Part shown: piece by piece, positions 26,383 through 36,307 of the stretch
How the letters are laid out: each line of letters begins with the position of its first letter
Position numbering within the stretch: position 1 is the stretch's first letter
NCBI GenBank assembly: GCA_963760615.1
Contig: CAVXDX010000008.1
Location: 1-64,000, forward strand
Source of the DNA: an uncultured Candidatus Micrarchaeota archaeon
Lineage (GTDB): Archaea > Micrarchaeota > Micrarchaeia > Burarchaeales > Fermentimicrarchaeaceae
Direction: 5' to 3'
DNA: 64,000 bases
Made by a program: the position numbers and the translations under genes
The notes under the pieces: generated by a model
Databases searched by the model: none
What the model was told of the DNA's origin: nothing
The model's input: only the letters and a program-made list of their open reading frames with translations

Positions 26383-29300
26383 TTAACATGGCATTGGGCA
26401 GCAAGTGAAACAGGCCGCCGCGGGGCACCCTGAGAATATATTGGACACGCACAAAGTTGTTATCCCAGATTTCTCACATGGGTGGTAACCAGCGCAGTTG
26501 CAGCAATGTTTACCTGGAGGGCATGGGGAGGAAGCATCGCATCCTTGTGTTGGATTAACGCAGCTGTTGCCTATGCATGTGCCACCCGAGAATGTGCAGT
26601 CGACTTCAGCGTCGCAGCATGTTGCCTCGATATAACTGCCGATGCATATTTTGGAACCAGAAACTTGAGCGTCGCATTGTGATACAAAATGATCGCAACC
26701 CCGTATGTTGGCGCATTTCGAGTGGCATATATAATCCAACTGAAGCGTTGGGGATATAATGCCCTGACAGGATAAGCAGCAATCCTCTGGGCAAGTGTCC
26801 CACGTCTCTCCCTCGCTTGTGTCACATGTGCCATTACCGCAGTGAGGAGGCTTAGGTACGCATTGGTGGTTAATGCATTGATTCGGAGGCACGCAGTCTG
26901 GAACGCAGCCGTATATTATGTTGCATTCGACGGGAGGGTTCGTTTTCAGCTTGTAGGTGCACCTACTATCCCCTCCTCCTCCTGCAGTGATGGGACATCC
27001 TGTACCCTCACAACTTACATCCCAGCATTGTGGGAGGTTACCTGGGTGGGAGGGGCAATCCAAATATGAGATGCATGCAGGTTGCATACATATGCCCTGC
27101 GGGCCAGGGCAGCACAAATAGTTGGAGTTGTAACCGAGGTCTGAACATTTGCAGGAGGCACTGCAAGACGGCGCCATGCATGGCGAGCCGGGTGCAGGCG
27201 GGGTGCCGGGCTGGGTCACAATAATGCTGACTCCTCCGTATAACTGCACATGCGTGTATACGCCACTTGCGTTTACATTGGCTATGGAATTATCAAGGTA
27301 GAAGTGAGGCTTGTTTGAGTCGTTGCATATTGTTGAATTCTCGCAGTTGGGCATCCCCTTTATTTTGTATACGGCAGGGTTGTTGTTGCTGAAGTAGTAG
27401 TAATCAACAGAGGATTTGCTCTGCATGAAACTGTCAATCCTCACAAACGACTCTATCCCATAGGTTGAGGGTTCGAAATCACCGCTCAGCCTCATGAGGA
27501 AGCTTGGCGCATAGTTGCTCGCACGGTAATAGCCGTTGGAGTAGAAGTCCCTGAGCCCTGAGATGTCCTGCGTCACATTGTATTCACCGTTGAGCAGGAC
27601 GTAGCTGTGGTTGGGTATTTTGTCGTACAAGCGCGGGGCGAAGTTGTATGCGTAGGGTTTAGTTATATTGCATATGACGGAACCGAGCTGGCCGCAGACA
27701 TTATCATCAAATATGACACCTGCAAAACTGTTGACTCCTGGGTTACAGCTTCCTGTGTCTGCTATGTTTGTTGAGTTTTTGACAAGCAGAATTTTTGATG
27801 AGTCTAATCCCGCAAGGTCTGCGCATAGGGGAGTGTCGACTTTCACCACCATTCCATAAACCCAGTTGGCACCAGCTGAACTGATACCCATGTTTCTGAC
27901 AAGATTCTCCGGGTTGGGAGCAGGGGCTATGACTTTATGGAAAGTTGCGCTGGTGTTAAGTGAATAGATAGGATCTTCAAACACAAGTGCCGGCAGGGAT
28001 GGCACACCTGCGTAGGATATGGGGTAGGTGCCGTAGGAGTCGTTGGTTGTGAGGCACGTTCTGCTGCACTCGAACCTCCAGGGGTTGAGGCAAGGGAGAA
28101 GAATCGCTGTATCGACCTCATAGACACCTGTAGAATTGAGAAACGCTTGGTATGTTGACGACCCCAGGGTGCACCCTATGGTCAATTGGCATCTGGTTTC
28201 TGCATCATTTACTGTAAGACCGCTGCTCTGGTTTGTGTAGTTGCCGTAGAATGCCACCTTTGTGCCATAGGGCTGCGGCGGTGTGGTTGTGTTAAGGGGC
28301 CACATTGTGACTTTCAATCCAGAGGGCCGAGGAGCAACTATGGAGTAGGAGGAGGTAGCTGTTGAGTTGTATGGGTAGGTAGCCGCCCATGCGCTGCAAT
28401 TCCATGAGTAGGGACCCAGCGGAAGGCTGTCGTTCAGCTCGTAGTACATTGAGCCATCGAAATTGACTGCGCAGGGCAGGAAGTTGCTATTTCCATTGGT
28501 GCAGTCGACGTTCAAAATTCCGCTATTGGAGTAGAGAGTGCCGTTGATGGTTATGTTGACATAGGCGGGAGAACTTGCGGTGCCAATTGGAACTCCATTG
28601 CCATCAGTGTAATTGCAGTAGAAGTAGGCAGGCGCTTGGAAGCATTGGGAGTCTGCTGGGGAGGCAACCGCGTTGATTTTTGAGGTGTGTATGCTCAGCA
28701 TCAGTTTTGGGGCGCCTACATTGGCTGTGAAGCAGTTAAATACTGTGCAGCACTTAACTGTCCAGTTCAGGTTGGTGTAGTCACTCGAATATGTATAGAG
28801 TATGCTGTTCACAGAGCTGTTCACGAGATTGCTGTTTGTAGCCACCTGCCCGTTTACATCATCAACGATTGAGCAGTTTTGCGGTGCGGTGTCGAGCCAT
28901 GTGACATTGTAGGTGAAGTTGATTGTTCTGTTCGTCGTTACAAATCCGCCGGGAGGACTCAGCAGCGTTATATTGACCGCAGGGTTGAAGTTCAGGAACA
29001 GGTAATCGTATTTGAGTGTGCCTGGGCTGGCAATGTATGCTACACCTATCCTGCGGTCAGCGGCAGCATAGAAGGATGTGATCTTGTCATTACCCAGAAG
29101 GTGATTCGCACTCTCGTCAATCCAGTCATGCGGGGTATCCCATGTTTGAGTCAGGGCAGTGTATATCTTGTAATAGATATGGTCATACTGAGCCCAGAAG
29201 AGGTAGAGGTCTCCGGTCATTGGGTCGACACTGAGGACAGGCGCAGATGTTGGGGATAATGTGCTGTTGAGCACAGTTTTGGTCCATGTCGAGCTGGAGT

Positions 29301-30894
29301 AGCTCCTCTTGGCGAAAACCAAGGAATTGTCCGTTCTTAGGTAAGCAACAAACACATCACTTCCGTACCCTACGCCGCTCGCATAGTAGGGTGTTGAATC
29401 TGTCGCTATGCTCTCTTCAGGACCCCAGTTTGTCCCATCCCAGAGTCTTCCAGCCATGTTGCTGGAAGTACTGTCAGACGAGTAGACAGCGTAAGCCTTC
29501 CCGTTATCCAACGTAGCTATAAAGTTCTTTTTGTTGGTATAAGCATCCGAACGGGGGGCGGGGTATTCATAACCTCCTACATTGTATTCTGACAATGTGG
29601 GGAAATACCACCACGCGCATCTCGCCCCTGTGAGACATTTCACAACAGACTCCCCGATAGGTGTGTCAGTTGATCCCCAACCAGTCCACGTCCCACTTGC
29701 ATTCCACTCCGTCTTTCTGAATATTATCCAGGGAATGTTTTGGGAGTCAACTGCTATGGAAGGGATACCAAGCTGCCCGTAGGATCCTTGGGAGTAAAAC
29801 GAACTAACCCCAAACTTAGCATCGATGTATAATGTGTGAGTATTGCATGACACGGTGCACGGGGCCATCACCTCCCACGCATATTCAATATAAAGATAAT
29901 CATGGTACGGAACGACGCTTTCATTCAGAAAGACTGTCATATTCGTCAGCGTTATAGTATCGCTTCCTGGCACAAAGATATTGTCGGAGTGCGTCCAATT
30001 CATAACTAGAACCGGTGTGCTCAAATCGGCATTTTTGTCTTTCCAGATTCTGACCCACAGTCGCCCAGTGTGGTTTGAATCTGAAGTCCCGTTGGTCTTC
30101 ATTTGCAGATATATTCTATTCCAGCTCGGCTCAATGGCGGTGGTGTATAACGTCATCCATCCACTCTTTGTTATGGCTACGGGCAGGTTACCATACGTCG
30201 CAGTATTATGAAGAGGTACTACATTGAATACGCTCCCGGCTGGTGCAGCGTGAACAGCAAGCCCTGTGTCCCAATTGTGATACCAACCTGCACAAGTCCA
30301 AGCGGAACCCCCACCTATGTAGCTATAGGTATCCAAAGTGTATACATTCCCAAAAATGTTAGTGTCAGATAGACAGAAGAACATGGGCAGGTTTGGGAAG
30401 ATTTGGAAAGGGGGCCAGCGGTCGAATCCAAAAAGAAGGGGGCCTGAGGCGTAATCTGCATAACCTGGGCTTGAAGTCCACTGTATAGTATCACCAAATT
30501 GGTGTAAGCATTCTCCTGACGCAAAAGTTAATTCATCTCCGCTCCATGCCCCGTGAAAAGCAAAAAATAGATTAGTGCCATTCGAAGCCACACTGAACTT
30601 ACTACCATAGTAGGCAGTTACTTGTCCTGACCTAGTATCAATAGAATCCAGTGACCAGCTCAGATCATCACCTGCCCTCATCATTTGCGGTGAGAAGCCT
30701 GTGAACCCGTTGGCGTAGAAAATCCAATGCTTGCCACAGAAATAAACCGCCTTCCTCTGGAATGACCCATAGTCAATTGCATCGTTTGGCACTCCGGTGG
30801 CGACAACTGACGGCGGGGGGCTGTATATTGTTCCTGCTTTTGAAGGTAGGGCAAGAAGCAAAAATAAAACGATTAGCACGAACTTCCTATCCAT
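26383..30894 (-). CDS. Giant secreted surface/adhesin-like protein (~1500 aa: propeller-like, Ig-like and pilin-associated segments, Cys-rich tail)
   Basis: Sec signal MDRKFVLIVLFLLLALPSKA; many NxS/T sequons; FEDPIY...APSFLMRLSG...YGIESFV; Cys-dense C-terminus. Confidence 0.85.
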   Translation of the reverse strand: MDRKFVLIVLFLLLALPSKAGTIYSPPPSVVATGVPNDAIDYGSFQRKAVYFCGKHWIFYANGFTGFSPQMMRAGDDLSWSLDSIDTRSGQVTAYYGSKFSVASNGTNLFFAFHGAWSGDELTFASGECLHQFGDTIQWTSSPGYADYASGPLLFGFDRWPPFQIFPNLPMFFCLSDTNIFGNVYTLDTYSYIGGGSAWTCAGWYHNWDTGLAVHAAPAGSVFNVVPLHNTATYGNLPVAITKSGWMTLYTTAIEPSWNRIYLQMKTNGTSDSNHTGRLWVRIWKDKNADLSTPVLVMNWTHSDNIFVPGSDTITLTNMTVFLNESVVPYHDYLYIEYAWEVMAPCTVSCNTHTLYIDAKFGVSSFYSQGSYGQLGIPSIAVDSQNIPWIIFRKTEWNASGTWTGWGSTDTPIGESVVKCLTGARCAWWYFPTLSEYNVGGYEYPAPRSDAYTNKKNFIATLDNGKAYAVYSSDSTSSNMAGRLWDGTNWGPEESIATDSTPYYASGVGYGSDVFVAYLRTDNSLVFAKRSYSSSTWTKTVLNSTLSPTSAPVLSVDPMTGDLYLFWAQYDHIYYKIYTALTQTWDTPHDWIDESANHLLGNDKITSFYAAADRRIGVAYIASPGTLKYDYLFLNFNPAVNITLLSPPGGFVTTNRTINFTYNVTWLDTAPQNCSIVDDVNGQVATNSNLVNSSVNSILYTYSSDYTNLNWTVKCCTVFNCFTANVGAPKLMLSIHTSKINAVASPADSQCFQAPAYFYCNYTDGNGVPIGTASSPAYVNITINGTLYSNSGILNVDCTNGNSNFLPCAVNFDGSMYYELNDSLPLGPYSWNCSAWAATYPYNSTATSSYSIVAPRPSGLKVTMWPLNTTTPPQPYGTKVAFYGNYTNQSSGLTVNDAETRCQLTIGCTLGSSTYQAFLNSTGVYEVDTAILLPCLNPWRFECSRTCLTTNDSYGTYPISYAGVPSLPALVFEDPIYSLNTSATFHKVIAPAPNPENLVRNMGISSAGANWVYGMVVKVDTPLCADLAGLDSSKILLVKNSTNIADTGSCNPGVNSFAGVIFDDNVCGQLGSVICNITKPYAYNFAPRLYDKIPNHSYVLLNGEYNVTQDISGLRDFYSNGYYRASNYAPSFLMRLSGDFEPSTYGIESFVRIDSFMQSKSSVDYYYFSNNNPAVYKIKGMPNCENSTICNDSNKPHFYLDNSIANVNASGVYTHVQLYGGVSIIVTQPGTPPAPGSPCMAPSCSASCKCSDLGYNSNYLCCPGPQGICMQPACISYLDCPSHPGNLPQCWDVSCEGTGCPITAGGGGDSRCTYKLKTNPPVECNIIYGCVPDCVPPNQCINHQCVPKPPHCGNGTCDTSEGETWDTCPEDCCLSCQGIISPTLQLDYICHSKCANIRGCDHFVSQCDAQVSGSKICIGSYIEATCCDAEVDCTFSGGTCIGNSCVNPTQGCDASSPCPPGKHCCNCAGYHPCEKSGITTLCVSNIFSGCPAAACFTCCPMPC

Positions 30895-30900
30895 ATACAT

Positions 30901-31524
30901 CTACCCCCCTGAATACGTATAATTGGTTATAGGGATTGTCACAAGCACCGGGATGAGGTTTGTCCTGAATACCGAGTCCAGCGCCCTGTCGGTTATGTTG
31001 ACATAAAGGTTGTAGCCTATCTTCACGTTCCATGGGTCGGACTGGAACACGGCAATATCCCGCCTCGCTATGCTGATGTCGTAGTTTAAAGTATTCGCAA
31101 GCTGGGTCATATTCTGGTCCCATTCCCAGAGCGTGAAGCTGCCCATCTGGTTCGGGTCTGAGAAGTTGATTGTTTGATTGATCCAGTTCGGGTAGGTCTG
31201 TTTTCCCCCTATTGTTGCATTGTACATGAGTTCATATATGCAGGAGCTGTTTGAGCATTTTGAGTTATCCAGGAACTTGCTCTCGTTGTTTGAGGCGACG
31301 TAGGATGCTGCGGTTCTCAGGGCATTGAACCCTGCCAACTGCGTTCTCCTCGCCGCGTCATCCCTCAGCTTGTCTGAGAATTCGTTCATTTTCGCTATTC
31401 TTGTTAAAGAAACATCCTGCTTCTCCTGCGTCTCCTTGGTGCGGGTCCAGGCTGTTACCGAAATAAGGACTAGAAAAAAGAATATGAAGACAAGGAGCGT
31501 GAAGAAGAATGCTTTTCTCTTCAT
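30901..31524 (-). CDS. Class III signal-peptide (pilin-like) protein
   Basis: MKRKA|FFFTLLVFIFFFLVLISV fits the archaeal prepilin peptidase motif. Confidence 0.8.
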   Translation of the reverse strand: MKRKAFFFTLLVFIFFFLVLISVTAWTRTKETQEKQDVSLTRIAKMNEFSDKLRDDAARRTQLAGFNALRTAASYVASNNESKFLDNSKCSNSSCIYELMYNATIGGKQTYPNWINQTINFSDPNQMGSFTLWEWDQNMTQLANTLNYDISIARRDIAVFQSDPWNVKIGYNLYVNITDRALDSVFRTNLIPVLVTIPITNYTYSGG

Positions 31525-31534
31525 ACCGTACACC

Positions 31535-33265
31535 TTAGTTCCATAATCTCAACTCAATCTCCATTGGGCTTTGGGCGTAGTAGGTCGTACTGCCCTTCTG
31601 CGATATACTGGATATGTATCTGCTATCCTTTATTAAAAACCTTTGGTATTTAGTCTGATTGCAGTCATTCGTGTAGAGGGAATCCCATTTTTTTGAAATT
31701 GAACCGTTGCAGTAGTAGCAGTCATACAAGCCATGGGAGCAGTCCACCCCTGACCCCTCAGGTGGTTTCACGACAAACTCAAAGCCATAGTTCTGGGGCA
31801 CCGCGGAGTCAATGAACTCCTTTGTCAGCGCCTTCGCGCAGTCTGGCCTGTTTATGCTCCAGAATGCGGCAATGGAGTCTATCACGGACATGTTGTCATC
31901 CCAGAGGGAGCAGTTGCCAAATGCGTAGAGGTATCCGTCATTTGAACCTATGTATATCCTGCCGTTGACAAGCGAAGGGGAGGAGTAGATGGGCCCTCCT
32001 GTGGTGTAGCTCCACAGCGTTTGAAGAGTGCCCCCATGGCTCAGGTAAAACTTGTTCACTATCCTCACAGTGCCGTCGTAACCCCCTATTATTAACGAAT
32101 CATTTGTAACTATGGGAGTGGCGTAGATCGCAGAGCCCATATCAACCTGGTCGCATGAAGGGGTTGACAGTGTGGTGTCAATAGCACATATCCCCTTCCT
32201 GAAAGGCGCGTTCACATTGGCGCAGCCGATGTATATAATTCCATTGTCGAACACTGGGGATGAAGTGAACCTAAGGCCGAAACGTGTAACAGGCCACCCA
32301 ACCAGCTCATATCCCGTCGTCGCATTTACTGCATCCACGCTTACCTCATTGGTGAAGTAGACGACCCCATTGGCGACTGCGGGCGATGGGTCAACAAAGA
32401 GGTTCATGCTTGCGGAAGACAGACTGTAACTCCACAGCTGCATGCCAGTATCCTCGTCAAGCGCGTAGAGGTGACCCATGAAACCATCATTTGAGAACAC
32501 AATTACCTCTCTGTTGTATATGACAGGCGTGGCGGTTATATTTTGGGTTGGCATACTAAAACTGACATTCCAGATGGAGTTTCCTGAGCTCAGGTCCACT
32601 GCCGCTACGGAACCGTTGGTGACACCCAGGAACAATTTTCCGTTGTGGACTATTGGGGAGGATATGACATCACCCCCGAGTGTGGAATTCCAAACAATGT
32701 TGCTAAGCTCATCATATGCATAGATGCTTTTGTTGAGGGTGCCAATGAATATGCGGCCGTTGTACAGCAGTGGAGTGGCGTCAGCCGGTATTGGCTGGTA
32801 CCGGGGCAGTACAGCACCAGTATTCTCGTCAAAGACATGGGTGCCATTCTCGGATGCCATGACAATCTTACCATAGTAGACTATGGGAGTGGTGTGAACC
32901 TGTGTTGTGATTCCTAGACCATGCGGGCCGATTTCTAGTTTCATCCAAGTGGAGTTGGACTGGGGGTATACTGACGCTACGGAAACATTGTGGTCGAATG
33001 TCCTCTCGAACATAGGCCACATTGCGAGGGAGTTATGTCGTATGTAGAGAAGGCTGTTGGTGTATGGATACTGCGGATTGCCCTGGACATCCCTGAGCCT
33101 GATGCTGCTCAAAGCAAGCAATGTGTCGCTTGCCACCTGTTGGGGCTGGTCGGTGTACACTCTTGGGTTATAGGTCAGAAGCATGAGAATTGAAAGTATT
33201 ATGGTTATAAGGTAGAAGGCAAGCACCGCATCTGCAGTGAAGATGAATGCTCTGCGGGCTTTCAT
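31535..33265 (-). CDS. Pilin-like protein with a PQQ/BamB-type beta-propeller
   Basis: MKARRA|FIFTADAVLA; repeats such as WSYTTGGPIYSSPSLVNGRIYIGSNDGYLYA. Confidence 0.87.
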   Translation of the reverse strand: MKARRAFIFTADAVLAFYLITIILSILMLLTYNPRVYTDQPQQVASDTLLALSSIRLRDVQGNPQYPYTNSLLYIRHNSLAMWPMFERTFDHNVSVASVYPQSNSTWMKLEIGPHGLGITTQVHTTPIVYYGKIVMASENGTHVFDENTGAVLPRYQPIPADATPLLYNGRIFIGTLNKSIYAYDELSNIVWNSTLGGDVISSPIVHNGKLFLGVTNGSVAAVDLSSGNSIWNVSFSMPTQNITATPVIYNREVIVFSNDGFMGHLYALDEDTGMQLWSYSLSSASMNLFVDPSPAVANGVVYFTNEVSVDAVNATTGYELVGWPVTRFGLRFTSSPVFDNGIIYIGCANVNAPFRKGICAIDTTLSTPSCDQVDMGSAIYATPIVTNDSLIIGGYDGTVRIVNKFYLSHGGTLQTLWSYTTGGPIYSSPSLVNGRIYIGSNDGYLYAFGNCSLWDDNMSVIDSIAAFWSINRPDCAKALTKEFIDSAVPQNYGFEFVVKPPEGSGVDCSHGLYDCYYCNGSISKKWDSLYTNDCNQTKYQRFLIKDSRYISSISQKGSTTYYAQSPMEIELRLWN

Positions 33266-33313
33266 GGTAATAGTATTAATTCAGGGGGTATAAAAATTTA
33301 TGTAGACGATAGA

Positions 33314-33347
33314 GAGGGCGCAAGGCAAGAAAGAAGCTTGAGTCTGA
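33314..33347 (+). repeat. att-like repeat copy A (right arm plus core)
   Basis: GAGGGCGCAAGGCAAGAAAGAAGCTTGAGTCTGA, 30/34 identical to 36238..36271. Confidence 0.75.
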
Positions 33348-33378
33348 AGCCCCGAGTTGGTTTTGACTCATGCTTTAG

Positions 33379-34687
33379 CAGAAGCGAGTGAGAAACCCAC
33401 ACTCTTGAGAGGTGGGATGAAAGCGAATCTATAAGAGAGGATTCAGATGCCCTAATAACAACTTCACTGGAAAGTTACCCCTCCCAGAGGTTTATAAAGG
33501 GAAAAATAACTTAAAATAACACCTATGAGCGCCTATAAATTCAGGATATACCCATCGAAGAATCAGGAAGGGCAAATGCAGACGCATCTCTGGCTGGCAA
33601 AGAACCTCTGGAATGAGATGCTTGCATTCACCAAGGAGATTTACAACAACCATGGAAAATTCCCAACAAAGAGAACCTTAAGGGAAATGGTCAAACAATC
33701 CGGTCTATTCTCCCAAGTTGGCCAGGAGCTTGTAGACAGGTTGATTGATGCTCTTCATAGGAAAATAGAGATGAAGAAAAACGGGGAGAAAGGCGGCTTC
33801 CCGCGCTTCAAGTCTCTTGACAGGATGAAAAGCTTATGTTACCCGCAATCTGGTTTCTGGCTTGACAAGAAACTCAAAGTGACTCCTTTTGGCGAGATTG
33901 CAATAAAGAAGCACAGGAAGATAGCCGGAAAAATCAAGACTCTTACTCTGAAAAGAGAACCAACGGGAAAATGGTTTGCTGTTTTCTGTGCCGACACTCC
34001 TAAAGAAACTCCAAAAGAAAACAAGGGAGAGGCAGTTGGAATTGACTTGGGCTTGAAGACATTTGCAACCTTGTCAAATGGAATGAAAATAGAAAACCCA
34101 AGGCATTCCAAAAAATATGAGGAGAGACTTGCCTTTGTTCAAAGAAAGTTTTCAAAGAGGGAAAGAAGAAGCAACAACAGGAAGCGAGCAAAACAGAGAC
34201 TCGCAAAACTGCATGAAAAAATTTCAGATTGCAGGAGGAACTTCCTGCACAAGATTTCGACTGAATTAGTGAATTATTATGCCCTCCTTGTATTGGAGAA
34301 ACTTGCCTCACAGGAAATGGCTGAACAGAATTACGGAAAGCAGATAAGAGATGCGGGATGGAGTATGTTTGCAAACATGCTTGCATACAAGGCGGAAGGA
34401 GCTGGATGCAGGGTAGTGTTTGTAGACCCTGAAAATACTTCGAAGATGTGCAGCAGATGCGAAAACATCAGAAATGATTTGACTCTGCGGGACAGGGTGT
34501 ATACCTGTCCTGAATGTGGGTTATCAATAGACAGAGATTTAAATGCTGCACGCAATATACTCATAAGAGCTACCCCTGGGCAAGGGGGAAGTAACGCCTG
34601 CAATTCCTTGCAGAAGGAGAGAGATGTTGCATTGGCAACGTCTGTGAAGCAGGAAGTGCTCACCCTTTAGTGGTGGGAACATGTCAC
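33379..34687 (+). mobile_element. IS200/IS605-family (IS1341-type, tnpB-only) insertion sequence
   Basis: Subterminal hairpin left end after TTAG; tnpB; right end ...GGTGGGAACATGTCAC. No tnpA in the window. Confidence 0.88.
33525..34670 (+). CDS. tnpB: RNA-guided endonuclease TnpB
   Basis: AYKFRIYP HTH; RuvC-I GIDLG; RuvC-II VLEKL; Zn ribbon CSRC...CPEC; RuvC-III DRDLNAARNI, all intact. Confidence 0.96.
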   Translation: MSAYKFRIYPSKNQEGQMQTHLWLAKNLWNEMLAFTKEIYNNHGKFPTKRTLREMVKQSGLFSQVGQELVDRLIDALHRKIEMKKNGEKGGFPRFKSLDRMKSLCYPQSGFWLDKKLKVTPFGEIAIKKHRKIAGKIKTLTLKREPTGKWFAVFCADTPKETPKENKGEAVGIDLGLKTFATLSNGMKIENPRHSKKYEERLAFVQRKFSKRERRSNNRKRAKQRLAKLHEKISDCRRNFLHKISTELVNYYALLVLEKLASQEMAEQNYGKQIRDAGWSMFANMLAYKAEGAGCRVVFVDPENTSKMCSRCENIRNDLTLRDRVYTCPECGLSIDRDLNAARNILIRATPGQGGSNACNSLQKERDVALATSVKQEVLTL

Positions 34688-34705
34688 TTAATAAATTCCC
34701 CGCTC
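34565..34705 (+). ncRNA. Predicted TnpB omega/re-RNA with flanking guide (TTAATAAATTCCCCGCTC...)
   Basis: Established IS605 architecture: scaffold overlapping the tnpB 3' end through TCAC (34687), with the guide taken from the flank. The 5' boundary is approximate. Confidence 0.6.
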
Positions 34706-34791
34706 TTGGGTTTCCTTACTAACAAACTCTTACAATTGAATAATTTTATAAGCTATGCGCTTCAAAAGCAATATGAAGTGATGGTGATCTA

Positions 34792-34983
34792 ATGAAAGGA
34801 AAAGTAAAGATGTTTAACACCGCGCGTGGTTTTGGATTTATCACGGGCGAAGACGGCAAGGACGTGTACGTGAACGTCTCGGAGATTCAAGGCGGTGCCG
34901 TGCTCGCAGTCGGCGATGCTGTAGAGTACGATGTTGAATCAGGCGAACGCGGGCCGCGTGCAAAGAACGTAAAAAAAGTCTAA
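34792..34983 (+). CDS. csp: Cold-shock domain protein
   Basis: MKGKVKMFNTARGFGFI...DVYVNVSEI...GPRAKNV (RNP1/RNP2). Confidence 0.95.
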   Translation: MKGKVKMFNTARGFGFITGEDGKDVYVNVSEIQGGAVLAVGDAVEYDVESGERGPRAKNVKKV

Positions 34984-35064
34984 AAGCGTTTGCGAAACCG
35001 TAGAATGCCGCTTCTAGGATTCATCCTCCTAGCCTAGCGCAAAAACGTTAGAAAAATAGGATAT

Positions 35065-35093
35065 GAGGGTGCAAGGCAAGGATGAAACTTAAG
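35065..35093 (+). repeat. att-like repeat copy B
   Basis: GAGGGTGCAAGGCAAGGATGAAACTTAAG, 24/29 identical to copy C. Confidence 0.65.
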
Positions 35094-35203
35094 CATTGGT
35101 CCTTAGTGTTTTGGTTAAAAACTCTCATCCATAAAACAACTAGTAAGGATATACCTTTTCCAACTAAAGGGGTTAAAAACATTTCCATAGTAAATTCTAT
35201 CGG

Positions 35204-36138
35204 GTGTTGGATACTCTCTTGTATATCATTGTCGGTCTTGCAATCCTGGCGAAAGCGAGCGATTATGCTGTAAAATCCATTGTTAACATAGCAAGGCTCT
35301 CTCATTTCAGCGAGTTCGCGGCAAGTTTTGTAATTGTGGGCATAGCATCGGTAATGCCCGAATTCTTCGTTGCTGTGACCTCATCACTAAATAACGTTCC
35401 GCATTTCGGTCTTGGGTCCTGCTGGGCTCCAATGTCATTGACTTGACATTGGTAATCGCATTGGTGGTGCTCATTGCCGGCAGGATAAAGATAAACACAA
35501 AATTTTTGCACTGGGGGAACTGGTATGTGATAATAACTGCACTTCCAGTTTTGCTTTTGCTGGATGGCTCCCTCTCGCCTCTTGATGGGGTAATTTTGGT
35601 ATTCGTGTTTCTCTTTTATGTTACATTCATCCTCGCAAGAGGCAGGAGGATGCTTGGCGGCAGGAGTAAGGAGGATTTTGGGAAATTCCTAAAAGAATCC
35701 ATCGTAGCAGTAGTAAGTCTAGCCATCATTTTCTGGAGTGCAAACCTCGTAGTGACCAATTCAGTAGCACTCTCTGAAAAACTGTCTTTCCCCCTTGTCT
35801 TCACTGGGTTTTTTGTCGCCTTTGGAACGTGTTTCCCGGAGTTTGTATTCGCGCTAAAAGCCGCAAAAGAGAAGCACGGCGAGCTCGGCATCGGCGCGAT
35901 AATGGGCGATGTGATAGTTGACGCAACTTTTTCAATAGGTGTTGTTTCTCTGATAAGTCCCATAACTCCGCCGCTGATTATGACTGTACTGAGCGGTCTC
36001 TTCATGATAGTAGCCTCTCTGGTCGTACTGCACTTCATAAAAAATGATAAGGAGATAACGCGGAACGATGGGGTCCTCCTCCTCATCCTCTACCTTCTAT
36101 TCGGCACTGTGGAATTGTGGGTTAAGGCAGTTACTTGA
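35204..36138 (+). pseudogene. Na+/Ca2+ antiporter (CaCA family) with a single frameshift at ~35415
   Basis: Alpha-repeats GIASVMPEFFV and FGTCFPEFVF. Adding 1 nt at GGG|TC restores GLGVLLGSNVIDLTLV. Could be a sequencing error. Confidence 0.8.
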
Positions 36139-36163
36139 TATTACCCATCCAAAGCAATTAAGC

Positions 36164-36271
36164 TTGCTGCAGAATTGGACACTTTTGTTAGGGGATTGAC
36201 GAAGAAGGGGCAAGACTATAGAATGATACACTATGCAGGGGGTGCAAGGCAAGAATGATGCTTGAGTCTGA
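36164..36271 (+). repeat. att-like repeat copy C (left arm shared with D, right arm shared with A and B)
   Basis: 36164..36249 is 73/86 identical to 49791..49876, including the exact 27-mer ATTGACGAAGAAGGGGCAAGACTATAG. Confidence 0.85.
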
Positions 36272-36307
36272 GGTTAATATATATTTTTAACTGAGTATAG
36301 GCATATC

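Noticed and set aside
33525-34670. Cas12f or a TnpB-derived regulator (TldR)
   Set aside because: All three RuvC acidic motifs are intact, IS605 ends are present and there is no CRISPR array, so it is an ordinary TnpB.
34688-34707. TnpB and mini-element guides targeting another locus in the window
   Set aside because: By eye, neither TTAATAAATTCCCCGCTC nor GGTAGTTCAAATGATG has a second match beyond about 8 nt. A whole-genome search is still needed.
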